Positions 25,865 through 38,160 are shown, counted from the first letter of the stretch. The stretch: DNA of 64,000 nt from Rhynchobatus australiae (GCA_034780895.1 JAUZTB010000027.1:33183562-33247561); one strand, 5' to 3'. A program made the numbers and translations. The notes: a model not told the origin generated them from the letters alone.

Positions 25865-27406
25865 ATGACTGATCCCATCATGGATTTTTTGGATGATGCC
25901 AATTTGTTTGGTGGAGGATTGGAAGGATTGACAGACGATGGATTTTCCCAAGCTGGACCAGTGTCGTTGGTTGATGAACTAAACTTAAGTGCAGATTTTG
26001 AACCTTTGCAGGTTGAGCCATTGCATCATGTATCAGAGACACAGGCACCAGAAAAAATTAACTTTGAACAGTTACAGACATTTGATTCATTAAAACTTCA
26101 TCAGGTGAACCAGCCATTTAATTTGGTGGGCAGCGGTAACGAGACTAGTGTTCTGTCTCCACATTCCCAATTTCATTGTTCACCTGATCATCAAAATCAG
26201 ACAAATGGGCTGTTTCCTTCTGCCCATAATGAGAATAGTGCTCAGTCATTTGTCGATGGAAGTCCAATGTGGGGTCACCAAAGCCCCATTTCAAATCAAA
26301 ATGGGTCACCATTCCATACTTTGCAAGGACATTCACAGTCCATGCAGCAGATGACCCCTTTTTTAACGCACCATGATTTTGCTTTGCATCAGTCGAACCA
26401 ACAACAGCAGCAACCTGCATCAGTGCAGCCCCAGCAGAGTATAAACCATTTCACTACAGGACAGAAAACTCTAAATCAAGGCAATCAGTTCATGGGTGTC
26501 CATGGATCAGCTTCATCTCACATGACTCGTATTGGCCAACCAACTACAACAGTTAGCTCATCCACTCAGCACCCTGCTACAGTGCAGCAGTTTAACCAAC
26601 CAGCAACCACTGTGAATCCCGTACATCCCATTAGATTCACTGGTAGTGCCAGTCATGGTGGTGTACATCAGAATATCAGCTTTTCAAGCTCTTCTCGAGA
26701 AATGACAACTTGCTCTATCAACAGTACAAACCAGTTTACCCCTCAGTATTCCTATCCTAACAACAACCTGGCTAATGGCAACAATTTGACATCTACTACA
26801 ATGCTTTCTACTCATCAGGCAACCCAGGGCATGACTTGCTTTCCTGGGAGTGATGCATTCACAGTGCCAGCAGGGACCAACCAAGAATCAGTTCATCATA
26901 TGCTCAGTCCCAACAGTCCCGCTAAACAAAAGATTCTGCAGCCTATGCATTCTGTAAACACTCAGGGAAATTTCAGTCCTTCAAGTATGTCCTCTGTTCA
27001 AACTGATGTGCCAATAACAACCAGCTCAGTGTCTAAGGTGAGAATTTCTAATGTATCAACTCAAAGGAAACCAACTGGCATTTCATCGCTCCAGGGAAAT
27101 CCACTTCCACAGTGTCAGACACATCCCTTGACTAGGATAGATACTGAGGATGTTTTTCAGGACCAGCTGTTAACATCTTTTGGGAACTCTGGTCTGGGCC
27201 AGAGAGATTCATCCCCTGTTCCAAGACCAATGGTTCCACAACAAGTGCAGCAGCATCCAAACATGCAACAGGAGATGATTATCCAGCATCAGATGCATCA
27301 AGAACCAGCTGCTGTCAGTCGCATCCCTTCTCAACATTGGCAACAATCGATAGCAGGCCAGCATCGGCCATCAAAGGGATCTGTACAGTTGACTGTGCAG
27401 CGACAG
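25865..27406 (+). CDS. CHD9: CHD9 first coding exon (N-terminal Gln/Ser/Pro/His-rich region of chromodomain-helicase-DNA-binding protein 9), 514 codons, phase-0 donor
   Basis: MTDPIMDFLDDANLFGGGLEGLTDDGFSQAGPVSLVDELNLSADFEPL..VLSPHSQFHCSP..DGSPMWGHQ..SNQNGSPFH..HHDFAL closely matches the vertebrate CHD9 N-terminus (MTDPMMDFFDDANLFG..GPVSLVDELNL..). Kozak context aagATG. The exon ends ..QRQ at CAG|GTTTGT (GT 27407-27408), as recalled for CHD9 orthologues. Confidence 0.96.
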
Positions 27407-29069
27407 GTTTGTACTTAAACTCTTCTGCATCTCTGCTAGATTTTGCATTTATTTTCAGTTGACAGTATAACTGTGCTGCAGTTAAAATCCTAATAAAAGG
27501 CAATTAAGAATCTTTTTAGAGAAAAACAAGTGCAGGTGTTGCTGGACTGGAGTTTATCTTGATGCACTACCTTAAGACACCAATTGGTTTGTGCATGTTT
27601 GGGTTCTAAAATGTTTGTCCCAAAATGTGGATTGGTTGACTGCAACAAAGACATCAGGCACTTTGGGGAGCAATGGGAAAATATGTCTCATCTTAACCAA
27701 TGAGATTAATGAAATGAGAAACAGACACAGGATGTGAGAAGAAAGTGGAATGGATAAATTCTGTTGTAAATTAAATACAGAAGGAGAAGTGTAAGGTAGG
27801 AAAATGCTGAACTAAGATGGTAAAAGAAAAAAAATCACTCTTTTAAAAAAAAACTTGCAAAATATTGAAAATCCGAAGGAAAAGGAGTACAGTATACAGT
27901 TTTCATTTTCTGGGCGAGAGTCTGTTTGGCACCCATTAACAATTATCACCTTGTTTAAAGGGTACTTACACTATAAATAGACTTGACTTTCCATGGCGTT
28001 TTTAATGGGCAATTAATGCATGAACGTAGCAACATCATGAAACTCACAGGAAGGTGAAGGGCAAGATGATGTTTTAGCAAAGCCAACAGTGGACCAGGGT
28101 GCATTGGCTAGCAATTTGAGGTTATATGTAATTCCTGGATCATCTTTTTGCTTCAAGATGTTATTTGATTTGCATGTTTATAGTGCTTAAGTGTGATTGG
28201 ATTTGTAGGTGTGCAAATGTAAAGTAAGAAAGTGAGAAGTTTTGTGGTTGTAGTACAATCTCCAGATTATGTTCATTTTCAGAAATTGTACATTTTAAGT
28301 CTTGGGGTGTTAGACAAAATGAAGGTTAATGTGCTGCAGTGTGATATACTTAATGTTAAATTTGAAGAAATATGAATTTAGCTTCTGGTTTATTTTGGAG
28401 AACAATTTAATTAAGCCTTTGAAAACATGAAATATTAAATTCCCAATCTACTAAACCACTAAAACTAGCTGTACTTCAATGTTTCTTAAATTTTGTGGAT
28501 AATCAGTTGCTTAGGAGCTGTACCAACAGATTGCCTGACGTGATTGCAGCTGATGATACTGTGAAGTATCAAAGTCTTGCAGAGATGTTTTACCTTCATT
28601 CTATATCACACTATGGTATTGCATCTATTTTTGTGCAATGAAGCAATCTTCACATTGGTTCCTCTTGCATAATTTTCTCACCAGCATGTGGTTGATAGAA
28701 AGGTAAGGCCTGACTTAAATTGTGGGATAAACTCCAAAAATTGTGGCCAAGCTGCAAGTGAGATGGACAAAACTGTTTTTAAAAAAGAGTTGCTTCCTAT
28801 TGCGGTAACTTGCATAGTCAGCCAAGCAGGAGATCTGTGTGCAAGAAATGAGTGTGTTGAGACCTTCCAAAATGAAGGATGGCGTGATCCAGCTATTGCG
28901 GAATATGATATTGTGGGATCCCCAATTTGCACAATGAAAATAGGGCAGCACAGTTTGGTGAAGTGTAAAACTGATTCAGAACCGAGTTCAGATTTTAAAA
29001 TTTGAACTAATTAACTATCAGCTTTGGGTTAGATCTCAGATGATTTTTTTGCCCAGTAAAGTTTTTGCA

Positions 29070-29405
29070 TTTTTCACTCAGTGGATGCAGATGTCACTGA
29101 CAGTGCTGGTATTTATCATTCATTCCATTATAAGTCAACCACATTAACCTGGGATCACATTTAGGCCAAACTGGGTAAGGACGATGGATTCCCTTCTCTG
29201 AAGGACGTCAATGAACCAGATGGGTTTTATGATAATCCAGTGGTTTTGTGGTTACCATTACTGAGACCAACTTTTTTTTACTCACATTATTTAGTTAGTT
29301 ACTTTAAGTACTCCAGCTGCCATAGTGGGATTCAAACTTACATATTGACATCAATGGTCCAGAACTCTGGTTACTAATCGAGTCATTTAACCCTTATGCT
29401 CCAGT
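29070..29405 (-). mobile_element. Chondrichthyan tRNA-derived SINE, near full length
   Basis: ggccaaactgggtaaggacgatggattcccttctctgaaggacgtcaatgaaccagatgggtttt...gctgccatagtgggattcaaac (reverse B-box-like). Confidence 0.75.
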
Positions 29406-30310
29406 ACACCTTTGCAACTTGGCATTGCAAGTTGACACCTCTTTTATTATTTAACCTATCAATAAATGTGAATTGATTTCAGATCATTCTCATCATCCCT
29501 GTGTGTCTGTCCGTGTGTACTACTGCTGAAGTGATCATTTAATTAAATTTGAAACTTTATCTGTGCAGAGAAAGAAACTCCATCTACTCCATGTCAACAG
29601 TGTGTTTTCATTTTAATCTTGGAAGGATCCGTCTTCTCTACTATGTTAATTTCTCTACTTTCCTCTCCAGACATGTCTCAGACCTTTCTAAATAGTAAAA
29701 TAGCGAATGCATTTTTTTTGGGTGCACACTTATTGACCAAAATTTCAGTAACCTTACTCTTGATATTATCTTTTAAAAAATTGTTACTCTATTGGTGTAT
29801 GTAACATTCAGGATGCTGTCGTCCTGCTGCCTATGAGTACGAGAACAAACTATGCAGACAATAAACAGAAGCATGTCTTATCAAGTTTGAAATTCCAACA
29901 GTGTGCTGATTTTAAAAAAAATTGTGCACTTATTGCACTTATTTTTCAAAATGCATCCTGGGGGAGAAGGGAGAGTTACAACGGCTGAGTATTATTTGTA
30001 ATAGGAACCTTTTAGTTAAATATAGGATGCTGCTGGAATGTTGTTACAGAATAAAATAAAAGTTCCTTTGTCAGAGCCAAAAGTAGTCAAAGAGCAAATG
30101 TTCACACACATACAAACACATAGTTGTGACATTACTTCTAATGACGATATTCCTACTCTATAACTTCTCAGTTAAGCAGAAATGATTGTAATATTTGATA
30201 AAGACAGTGATTGTTCATCTCTGTTGGATTGGCTGTATATTATAGAGGTACCTTGGTGGACAAAGATAGAGAAGGGAGAAATGGCTGAATCTTGTGTGAC
30301 GATCACAGTG

Positions 30311-30328
30311 GAGCACCACCTGCTGGAA
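30311..30328 (-). promoter_or_regulatory. Candidate CTCF site
   Basis: The minus strand reads TTCCAGCAGGTGGTGCTC, one substitution from the CTCF core CCAGCAGGTGGCGC. Confidence 0.4.
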
Positions 30329-31165
30329 GATGGATGTGACCAGGTCAGGCTCAGCTCTGATGACAGATTGCCAGGAAAGGGTCCAGCAGGGAATTGATGC
30401 CTCATGAAGCATGGGAGGAAATTGATGATGGAGGCACTTGAACAAACAAAACTGCTGAGTACATGTTACCCTTGAGCTGTACTCCAAATGTAACCTTGTT
30501 GGAATGAAGATATCTATTGTAATAGGCAAGACATAATATAGCCCATGGCAAGATGGTTCTTGGCACTTCAAAGCTAAACAGATCTGCAATTTTACTAGTA
30601 CAAGATCATTTGGCACTGGTTAAGACTTGTTTGTCAATATGTGCCAATATAACCCTGCTCATTGGCCAGAGTTTCTCATCAAATAAGTCATGCATTTATT
30701 CAGACACATTCCTTTGAATGGAATACGATTGAACTCTAGTGAGTGCATAAACTGTCTGACAGATTTTAAGCAACAGCATTTAACTGGCATACTGCTGTAC
30801 CAGAATCCATTGAAACATTTTATTTAGCAGTTTAATTTCAAGGAAGTTAAACAACTGAAGAACTTTTAACAGAAGATGTATTGTACATAAAAGCTTTTGG
30901 CTATGGTCCAAGCTTTTTCCAAGATTATAATTCTGCCAGTAGGGCAACGGAACAGGTTTTAGTTGCAATGTAGAGAGAAGCACTTGGGTGACACTCTCCT
31001 GTTACTTGATTTAAAGAACTATTGCACTGATGTGCAGGATGAAATTTGCCATAAGATTAATGATGCTTAGTATTTATAAAAAGGATAATTACAATTATTA
31101 AGCATAATATAGTTTGCAGTTGAATTTTATTTCCTTGCCAATTCACTGAATTACCCAGTCCCCCC

Positions 31166-31166
31166 C

Positions 31167-31221
<55 letters not shown>

Positions 31222-31328
31222 NNNNNNNNNNNNNNNNNNNNNNNNNNNNNNNNNNNNNNNNNNNNNNNNNNNNNNNNNNNNNNNNNNNNNNNNNNNNNNN
31301 NNNNNNNNNNNNNNNNNNNNNACACACA

Positions 31329-31387
<59 letters not shown>
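31166..31387. repeat. (CA)n microsatellite spanning an assembly gap
   Basis: CA dinucleotide runs on both sides of a 100-N gap. Confidence 0.95.
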
Positions 31388-31648
31388 TTAAAGATATAAT
31401 GTCAGAGTGTGGCTGATGCCATCCGATAATCAGCTACCAAGATATGCGGAGGTTGGAACATTCGGTTATTAATCTTCCACACCGCCCCCCTCTGTCTTTC
31501 ATCCACCACTCTCCCCACTACTGGCCCCCAATCACTACCATAAGTACCTTACAGGGTATAACCTAGAACCAAGCAGGTACCACCTATTTAATGGAGGTAT
31601 ATATGTGGTACAAGAATACTCTTTTTAAAAAAAATATCAGAGTGGTAA

Positions 31649-31854
31649 AGGTGATGCTGGAGGAGCTCAGCAGGCCAGGCAGCATCCATAGAGAAAAGCA
31701 GGTAGTCAACGTTTCGGGTCAGGACCTTTCTTCAGGTGTCCTAAAATGTTCACCACCTGTTTTTCTCCCCGGGTGCTGCCTGGCGTGCTGAGTTCCTCCA
31801 GCATCATCGTGTTTTTCATCTAGGTTCCAGCATATGCAGTCCTTTGTTTCTCTA
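31649..31854. mobile_element. Penelope-like-element-derived palindromic insertion with 13-bp target-site duplication and hammerhead core remnant
   Basis: Inverted arms gatgctggaggagctcagcaggccaggcagcatc..gagaaaagcaggt / acctgtttttctc..gtgctgcctggcgtgctgagttcctccagcatc. Flanking direct repeat ATCAGAGTGGTAA at 31636-31648 and 31855-31867. Minus-strand CTGAAGA..GAAACGTT at 31735-31708. Confidence 0.8.
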
Positions 31855-34800
31855 ATCAGAGTGGTAAGTTGCCCTCAGCTAGTAACTGAGAGGCATGAGC
31901 AGAGCAATGTCACTTCATGTCGCTTTACCAGTGCTGATCAAGTTCAGAAATTGCAGCAAGAAAAAATGTAAATGGACAGATTAAAAATGAATTGTGAATA
32001 CTTATAAAGCTGTTCATGCTTGATTCCCTTGCTTCATGTTGAATATATTGTCTGATTCAGGTTTTTACTTCTGCAATGATGATGTAAGGTAGCTCTGACT
32101 TAATCTGGATGCATCTCCAGAAGATCATGATAATCTCAGCTCAGAGTGGTGCAGATTACGGCAGTATTTGTTAGAATCTAATACCTGTAGCTTCATAAGA
32201 AGAAAAGAAAAATACAGATTAGAAAAAAATATGTAAGTTGTTCAAGTACTTCAACAAATGTCAACAGAGTACTTGGGAAGCTTAAGTTGGTTTGAAAGTG
32301 CGTGCCTTGGAAACCAGTTACTATTTGACTGAAATGTCTGCTTATTCATATTTGTCAGGAGGTGAGAGTATTTCTTTGTCCCTTTGGCTAAGATGAAAGG
32401 TTTTATTTGGAGGGATTATGTAATGTGCTTTAATGATTTGATTTTGATTGGTGTACTTCTGTTCAGAACTGTAAATTTTCTTAAGTTTGTACTGAGCTAT
32501 TCAAGTACTCTTAGGATATTTGCCATGCTCTGAATCCTGAAGTTTTGTGTAAATTTTGTGCCCAACCAGAGAAAGTTTGATTTGTGGGTTTTAGAGGCCC
32601 AGTTTTGCATTCCCTCAGCTGCTTGGCAGTGTGTGGTCTTCCTCTCAACCCCACCAATAGTTGCTTTGCAATATGTTGTCTGGATCCAAAGATATGGATT
32701 TGTTCTCTGAATCTCCCTCCTACCTTCCTGTTGTAATTTTTTTTTTAATGATCTTGCATCAACATTTCCTTAAAAATGCTGGCATGGGAATTTCTAATGG
32801 AGAGCATTGGACAAGCTTGTCATGTTCTAATTATATTTCTGGCATGGCTGCCTTTGTATATATACTATGGAGAAACTCCTGTCCCCCAAACAATTTTATT
32901 TTGCTGCTTAGCAAACCACCCAATAACTTAACGTTTCATTATATCACATCAAAGCTTTATATCAAATCCATTAGTATGCAAGAATTCAAAACAACAAAAT
33001 TGGTTGTGTTTACTGCATCATTATCCCTGTCATCTAATCCCAATTTATCTGGAGCCAATATGTCATAATTATTTCCCAATGTGGATAGTAATGACTGCCA
33101 GTATACACCTAGGAAGGGCAAATCCTTTTCTGTTAATTTAATTAAATTAATTGGGGAATGATGGATGATGATTCTGTTGATATTGTTTATCATGACTGCA
33201 GACATATATAAAGGTGTACCCTAAGTCTGTATGTTAAAGTCCATGCACAGAGACGGGTCTCCCATTGTCCAGGACTTCCTTACCACTGGGTCATGACCTT
33301 GTTCTATCAAGCTGATATGAAAGTTCATGTTCTATGACTACCTATGTTTAAAAGCACAAAATCCTCCACATCAGAACTTGGAATGTCTAATCCTTCATAA
33401 ACAGCCCCGACTGTCTCCTTGAGCCACCTTGGAACATACAGAACTGGAGTGGAGGCACATTATCCTCCATCACAAAGGACTTTCGGAAAAGGAGGAGGAC
33501 TATTACTACTGCTGCTCTTACTGCTCAGGGTTATGGATTAAGAGACATTTGTGAGGATAATATTTGATCATTTGTTTAAAAATACACAAGCTGGGAAGTA
33601 GCTGCATGGATTAGAAAACAGAGCTGTATTGAAGGCTTTGGCAAATTGGTGGTGGTACTGTGGTGTTTTTTTTTTGCTTCCTGGATGAAAAAGGGTATAA
33701 AACCTTGAATAATGTGCAGAAGAAAATAAATTAGTGATTTCTAACCTCAGAGTTTGGAACTGTCTGGGTGTGGAGGAAAGACTCCAAGTATCAGGGTTTG
33801 AGAGAAATGTCAGTTTAAAGGGAATATGATTGAGACTTTCATGGTATTAAGGGAATTGGACTCCATCCATTTTGACTGACAGCTGTTTTAAAAGGGAACT
33901 TGACTAGTTTCTAAGAGGACGTCATTTTATGAGGTATTGTGAACTTCCAGACTGTACTGGCATGTTTGTTTTAGGAAATCAGGGACAAAATCCTCCAGAG
34001 ATCTTATAAATTGGCTTCAAGTTTTATTTCTCATCTGTGTGATTAGGTTGAATTCGGTAGTGGACAAAGCTGAACTGCTATCTGGGTCTCCTGCTTGGTG
34101 GTCTGTACTCTCTTGTGCTTTCACATATTTTAGTAACACATACAGTACTGTGAAAAGTAAGCCTGTTGAGGAAAATATTATTCAAACAGTGGTTGTATCT
34201 GAATTAAAGGTTTATTCAAAATGTATTTGGAGACGTGTAGGGAGAATTTGGGGTTCTCGTGTTTCTCTGCATTCTTCATACAGTCAGTTTATTTTTTATA
34301 AAATAAGTATATTTCAAATACTTACTTTGTTAACATACAAGAGAAAATGATGACCATCAAATATGAGTATCTATGTGTAAGGAGAAATTATTGAGTGTGG
34401 ATTTAATTGGAATTTAATCTTCTGACATTTTCAGTTTTTATTAGGAAGTATCTTTTGGTCTGTCCAATTCAGCATGCAATGCATCAAGGCAAGTTGTAGC
34501 ACTTCTAAGAACTAGCTCATAACCCAGTAACTGTTCAATAATTAGTCCTACATTGATGCATTGGACCTGCCATGTTTGGATGGTCCATCCAATGTATTCC
34601 TGGGAGAATTCTTAAGACCATCTGTTTGGTTCAATAGCAAGGTTGCTGGAATTCATTTAAGATGTGCAGAAAGGAGGAGCAAGATTGTGAAAAAACTCCA
34701 CATGTTCACTCCTCTGATAATTATCAAACCATAAATCCTTAGAGCGTCCTTATTAGTATCACTACAGTTATTGAAATTGTGCTGTGGTTACATTTATACT

Positions 34801-36394
34801 GGTATCACTTCAGGCTTTCTGTAGTTTAGGTGATTGTGGGAAAGGAGAAGAAAAATGTCTTCTTTACATCTTTGGAAAAATGCGATGTTGTAAATGAAAA
34901 ACGTCTCTATATTAGATTACCTGATGAATTATCTTCAGTAACTTCTGTATTGTCATCTAGTGGGGTTATCATTTTTTGTTTCCAGTTGAATTCTGTTTCC
35001 TGTCACATTAGAATCTTTGTGTTAACACTTGGTCAGTGTACTAGTTGTAAAGATTTATCTTTGCAGAAATCACCAAGCAATTTTTTTTAAAATCCCCTCC
35101 CCATGGTAGAAGGAACCTACTTTATTGTTCCCCTTCCCCAAGTCACATAAAATATCTTGATCACAAATATCTCATTTATTTATTTCTGTATTCAGTGATG
35201 AGAAAAAAAAATCAAGGCTGTCTGTTGCAGAGTTTAGCTACTCAAGGCAATCTGCCAAGCACCCTTGAAAGTGATTATAGATCAATGTTGTCTGGGCCTT
35301 GAGACATCCTTTCAGGTTATCCTTTCATCCTATTGCCAGTATGGTTCAGGGATAGTCTCTTTAAGCTGTCTTTTCCCTGTTTGTTCCATATCCCGTGTCC
35401 ATTTATTTCCACCACACATAGATGACAAGTCCTCTATGCCTGTACTTCAGGTTAATGACTTGAGGCATGTGTCTTGCTACTTTAGTGCTCTGCCCACTGC
35501 CCATAAAAATCTTGTTATTGACAGCCAGGTTCAGTGACGTATTCATTTATTTCATTGTGAAAATTAATCAGTCTTGACATGAACAAGTTTGTACATTTTT
35601 AAAAAAAATATGGTGGTTTTGTAATTGCTTCCAGAGCACAAAGAAAAAGCTTTGTAAAATAAGAAAAGTAATTACGTATTTTGAAATGATATGCACATGA
35701 AAGCCCAAAGAGGAGCTTTGTGCTTTTACAAACTGCTTCCGCACCTGACAGTTGGTAAACTTAAGCCAACTGTGACGTGAGCCTTTAGCTTTGGTTCAGC
35801 TTTTGGCTAGTAATGATATACGACCTGTGTAAGCAAAACAGTGACAAAAACAGCTGGCCCTGGACTTGTACAGTATCTGCTTAGTGCAAAAAATGTTTTG
35901 CTGACCAGGTCACTGTTGCATTAAGGGGCCTGTAATGGAGAAATATTCTTGTTTTCCCATATCCAATTCATTTTACTCTTTGAGTAACTAAATAGTTTCC
36001 AAGTGAAACTGTTTATTCTTGTAACTCTCTGTTAGGCTGAATCTCGTAGAGGAAATAATTTGCATAATGGATGCCAGTAACGTGCAGCAATTAATTAGTG
36101 TGTTTGGTGTGGCAACCTTCACTGTTAATTTACTGTTTGCTTATGTTTTTGAGTTGGTGGAGAGGAAGAAGGTAATTTTCTATTCACAAATACTGAGAAT
36201 AATAGAATTTATGAAGAAGCTGCAGTTAATTATTATGTTTCTGGCCATATCTGAAGTATCACTACCACAGGCAGTGACTGATGGTGATTGCAGGAACAAG
36301 AATCAGATTAATGTTTTCAAAGGTCTTATGGGGTAAAATGGAATAGCAAAAATAGTGTCATATCCCAAGATAAGTTCTGTGTCGCAAAGATGTA

Positions 36395-36712
36395 GGGTAA
36401 CACCGCAGTTGGCACTGTTGCCTCATAGTTCGAGGGCTCAATCCTGTATGTGTGGGGTTTGCACATTCTCCCTGTGACCAAATGGGTTTCTGGCAGCTGC
36501 TTCAGTTTCCTCCCACATCCCAGAGATTACTCCTGTAAATGACCTCTTAGTGTAGGCAAGTGGCAAAAGAATCACAGGAGAGATGATAGATATCTGGGAG
36601 AGAGTAAGTTGCAGGACTAAAGGGAAATGAGTGGTGGAATGGGACTGATGGAATTGCTTTGCTAGGAGCCAGCATGGGCCTGATGGGCTGAATAGCCTCC
36701 CGTGTCATCAGT
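36395..36712 (+). mobile_element. HE1/V-SINE
   Basis: V-domain tgtatgtgtggggtttgcacattctccctgtgacc..gggtttc..cagtttcctcccacatccc and CR1-like tail gccagcatgggcctgatgggctgaatagcctcc. Confidence 0.85.
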
Positions 36713-38039
36713 AAAGGACTTGAGCTTGTACTTTGATCCACTTTGTTAAATGAGTTTGGATCTGGAGAGCATTAGGTACACACCTGGTCAGCCAGCACCT
36801 GCCCCATTTGTGGAAGAGTTTACTATCTTCCTTGGCTCAATTAGCCCACCCCAGGACCCATAAAACTGGAGTGGAAGTAAATCCTCTGAATCTTGATGGA
36901 CTAGCCAAGGTTTATCTTCGGAGGCAAAATGATTTCTAACTCTGAATCCAAAGTCTCCATTGTGAATGGTTTTAGCTTTATCTGTCAAAGTACTGATGTA
37001 AATGCTTCTTGTAAATGCCTTTCCAAATGACGATGCTTAAATTACTAACATTCAGAAGATGTGCAATAATGAGGAAAATTGAATAGTCCTGTTCAACTCT
37101 GTAACTCAGTGTAAAGTTTACTTTTGTTTCAAGTCTTCTTTAAATTTCATGCAGATTTATTTCTGTACATTATATTTTTTGCCATGNNNNNNNNNNNNNN
37201 NNNNNNNNNNNNNNNNNNNNNNNNNNNNNNNNNNNNNNNNNNNNNNNNNNNNNNNNNNNNNNNNNNNNNNNNNNNNNNNNNNNNNNTCAAGTCTTCTTTA
37301 AATTTCATGCAGATTGATTTCTGTACATTATATTTTTTGCCATGAATGGAAATGTACATTAATATTTGCCAGATAGAAGAGGAAACTATAAGTCTGCACT
37401 GTATGAAACATGACTGTCTTTAAATGTAGAATTGAATGATTTCTGATGTCATGAGTATGATTCCTGTGAGGTGTTTTGATCTTTTGACTTCTGACCTTTT
37501 GACTTGTGCTAAGGGTGCTTTTGCTGCCTTGGTGCTGTTGCTGGGTGTCCTGTTGTAGAGCAGTACACAGGCCTGTGACATTGTATTTCTTCAATGAGAA
37601 TCCTAAAAGATTCCATTGGTAACTGAATCCATGCCTTCTATGGGCGAGCCCCAGCATGACCTCTGGTTTGATGGCTTCCCCCAGTAAGCTGGAGGAAGCC
37701 ATCAAACCAGACTCCCCACTCTAGAGTGTCCTGCCTCACTTCCTCCCTGCCTCCAGAGCCTCCTTTATATAAAAAAAACCTTCCTGTTCAACGTGACATT
37801 CCAATCCTTCTCCCGCTTGTCTTCTTCCCACTTGGTGTCTGTATGTTTTCCCAACTAGCCTCTGAAGCATTTGGGCATCACTCTGTACATTTTGGAGATG
37901 TAACTGTTTCCTACAGGTTACTTATTATGGCACAGACAAGGGCCAATCAGCCCACTGGATCCATGCCAGCTGCTAGCAGCATAGTCTCACTCTCCTCTCA
38001 ATTCCGCTTTGATTCTTTTGCCAGTTGTGTTAAGGGGCC

Positions 38040-38160
38040 ATTAATTAACCTACCAACACATTGGGATGTGTTGGGGAAGGGTAACCAGCACTCCCAGTGG
38101 AAACCCACATGGACGCAGGTAAAATATTGTAAACTCCATACACTCAGGTCACTGCAGCTG
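38040..38160 (-). mobile_element. V-SINE fragment
   Basis: ggaaacccacatggacgcagg..gtaaactccatacac is the reverse complement of the V-domain. Confidence 0.65.

Noticed and set aside
27407-27418. Treating 25865..27418 as a complete 517-aa single-exon gene
   Set aside because: The protein is the CHD9 N-terminus and homology ends at the CAG|GT donor; the last three codons are intronic read-through, kept only as a possible isoform.
31057-31387. Cys-Val repeat ORFs
   Set aside because: Translations of a (CA)n microsatellite across a gap.
37127-37345. Apparent 60-bp direct repeat flanking an N-run; similar duplications at 41675/41784, 43335/43457, 58002/58115 and 63738/63875
   Set aside because: Each duplication straddles a 100-N placeholder gap, so these are most likely unmerged contig overlaps (assembly artefacts), not TSDs or biological repeats.
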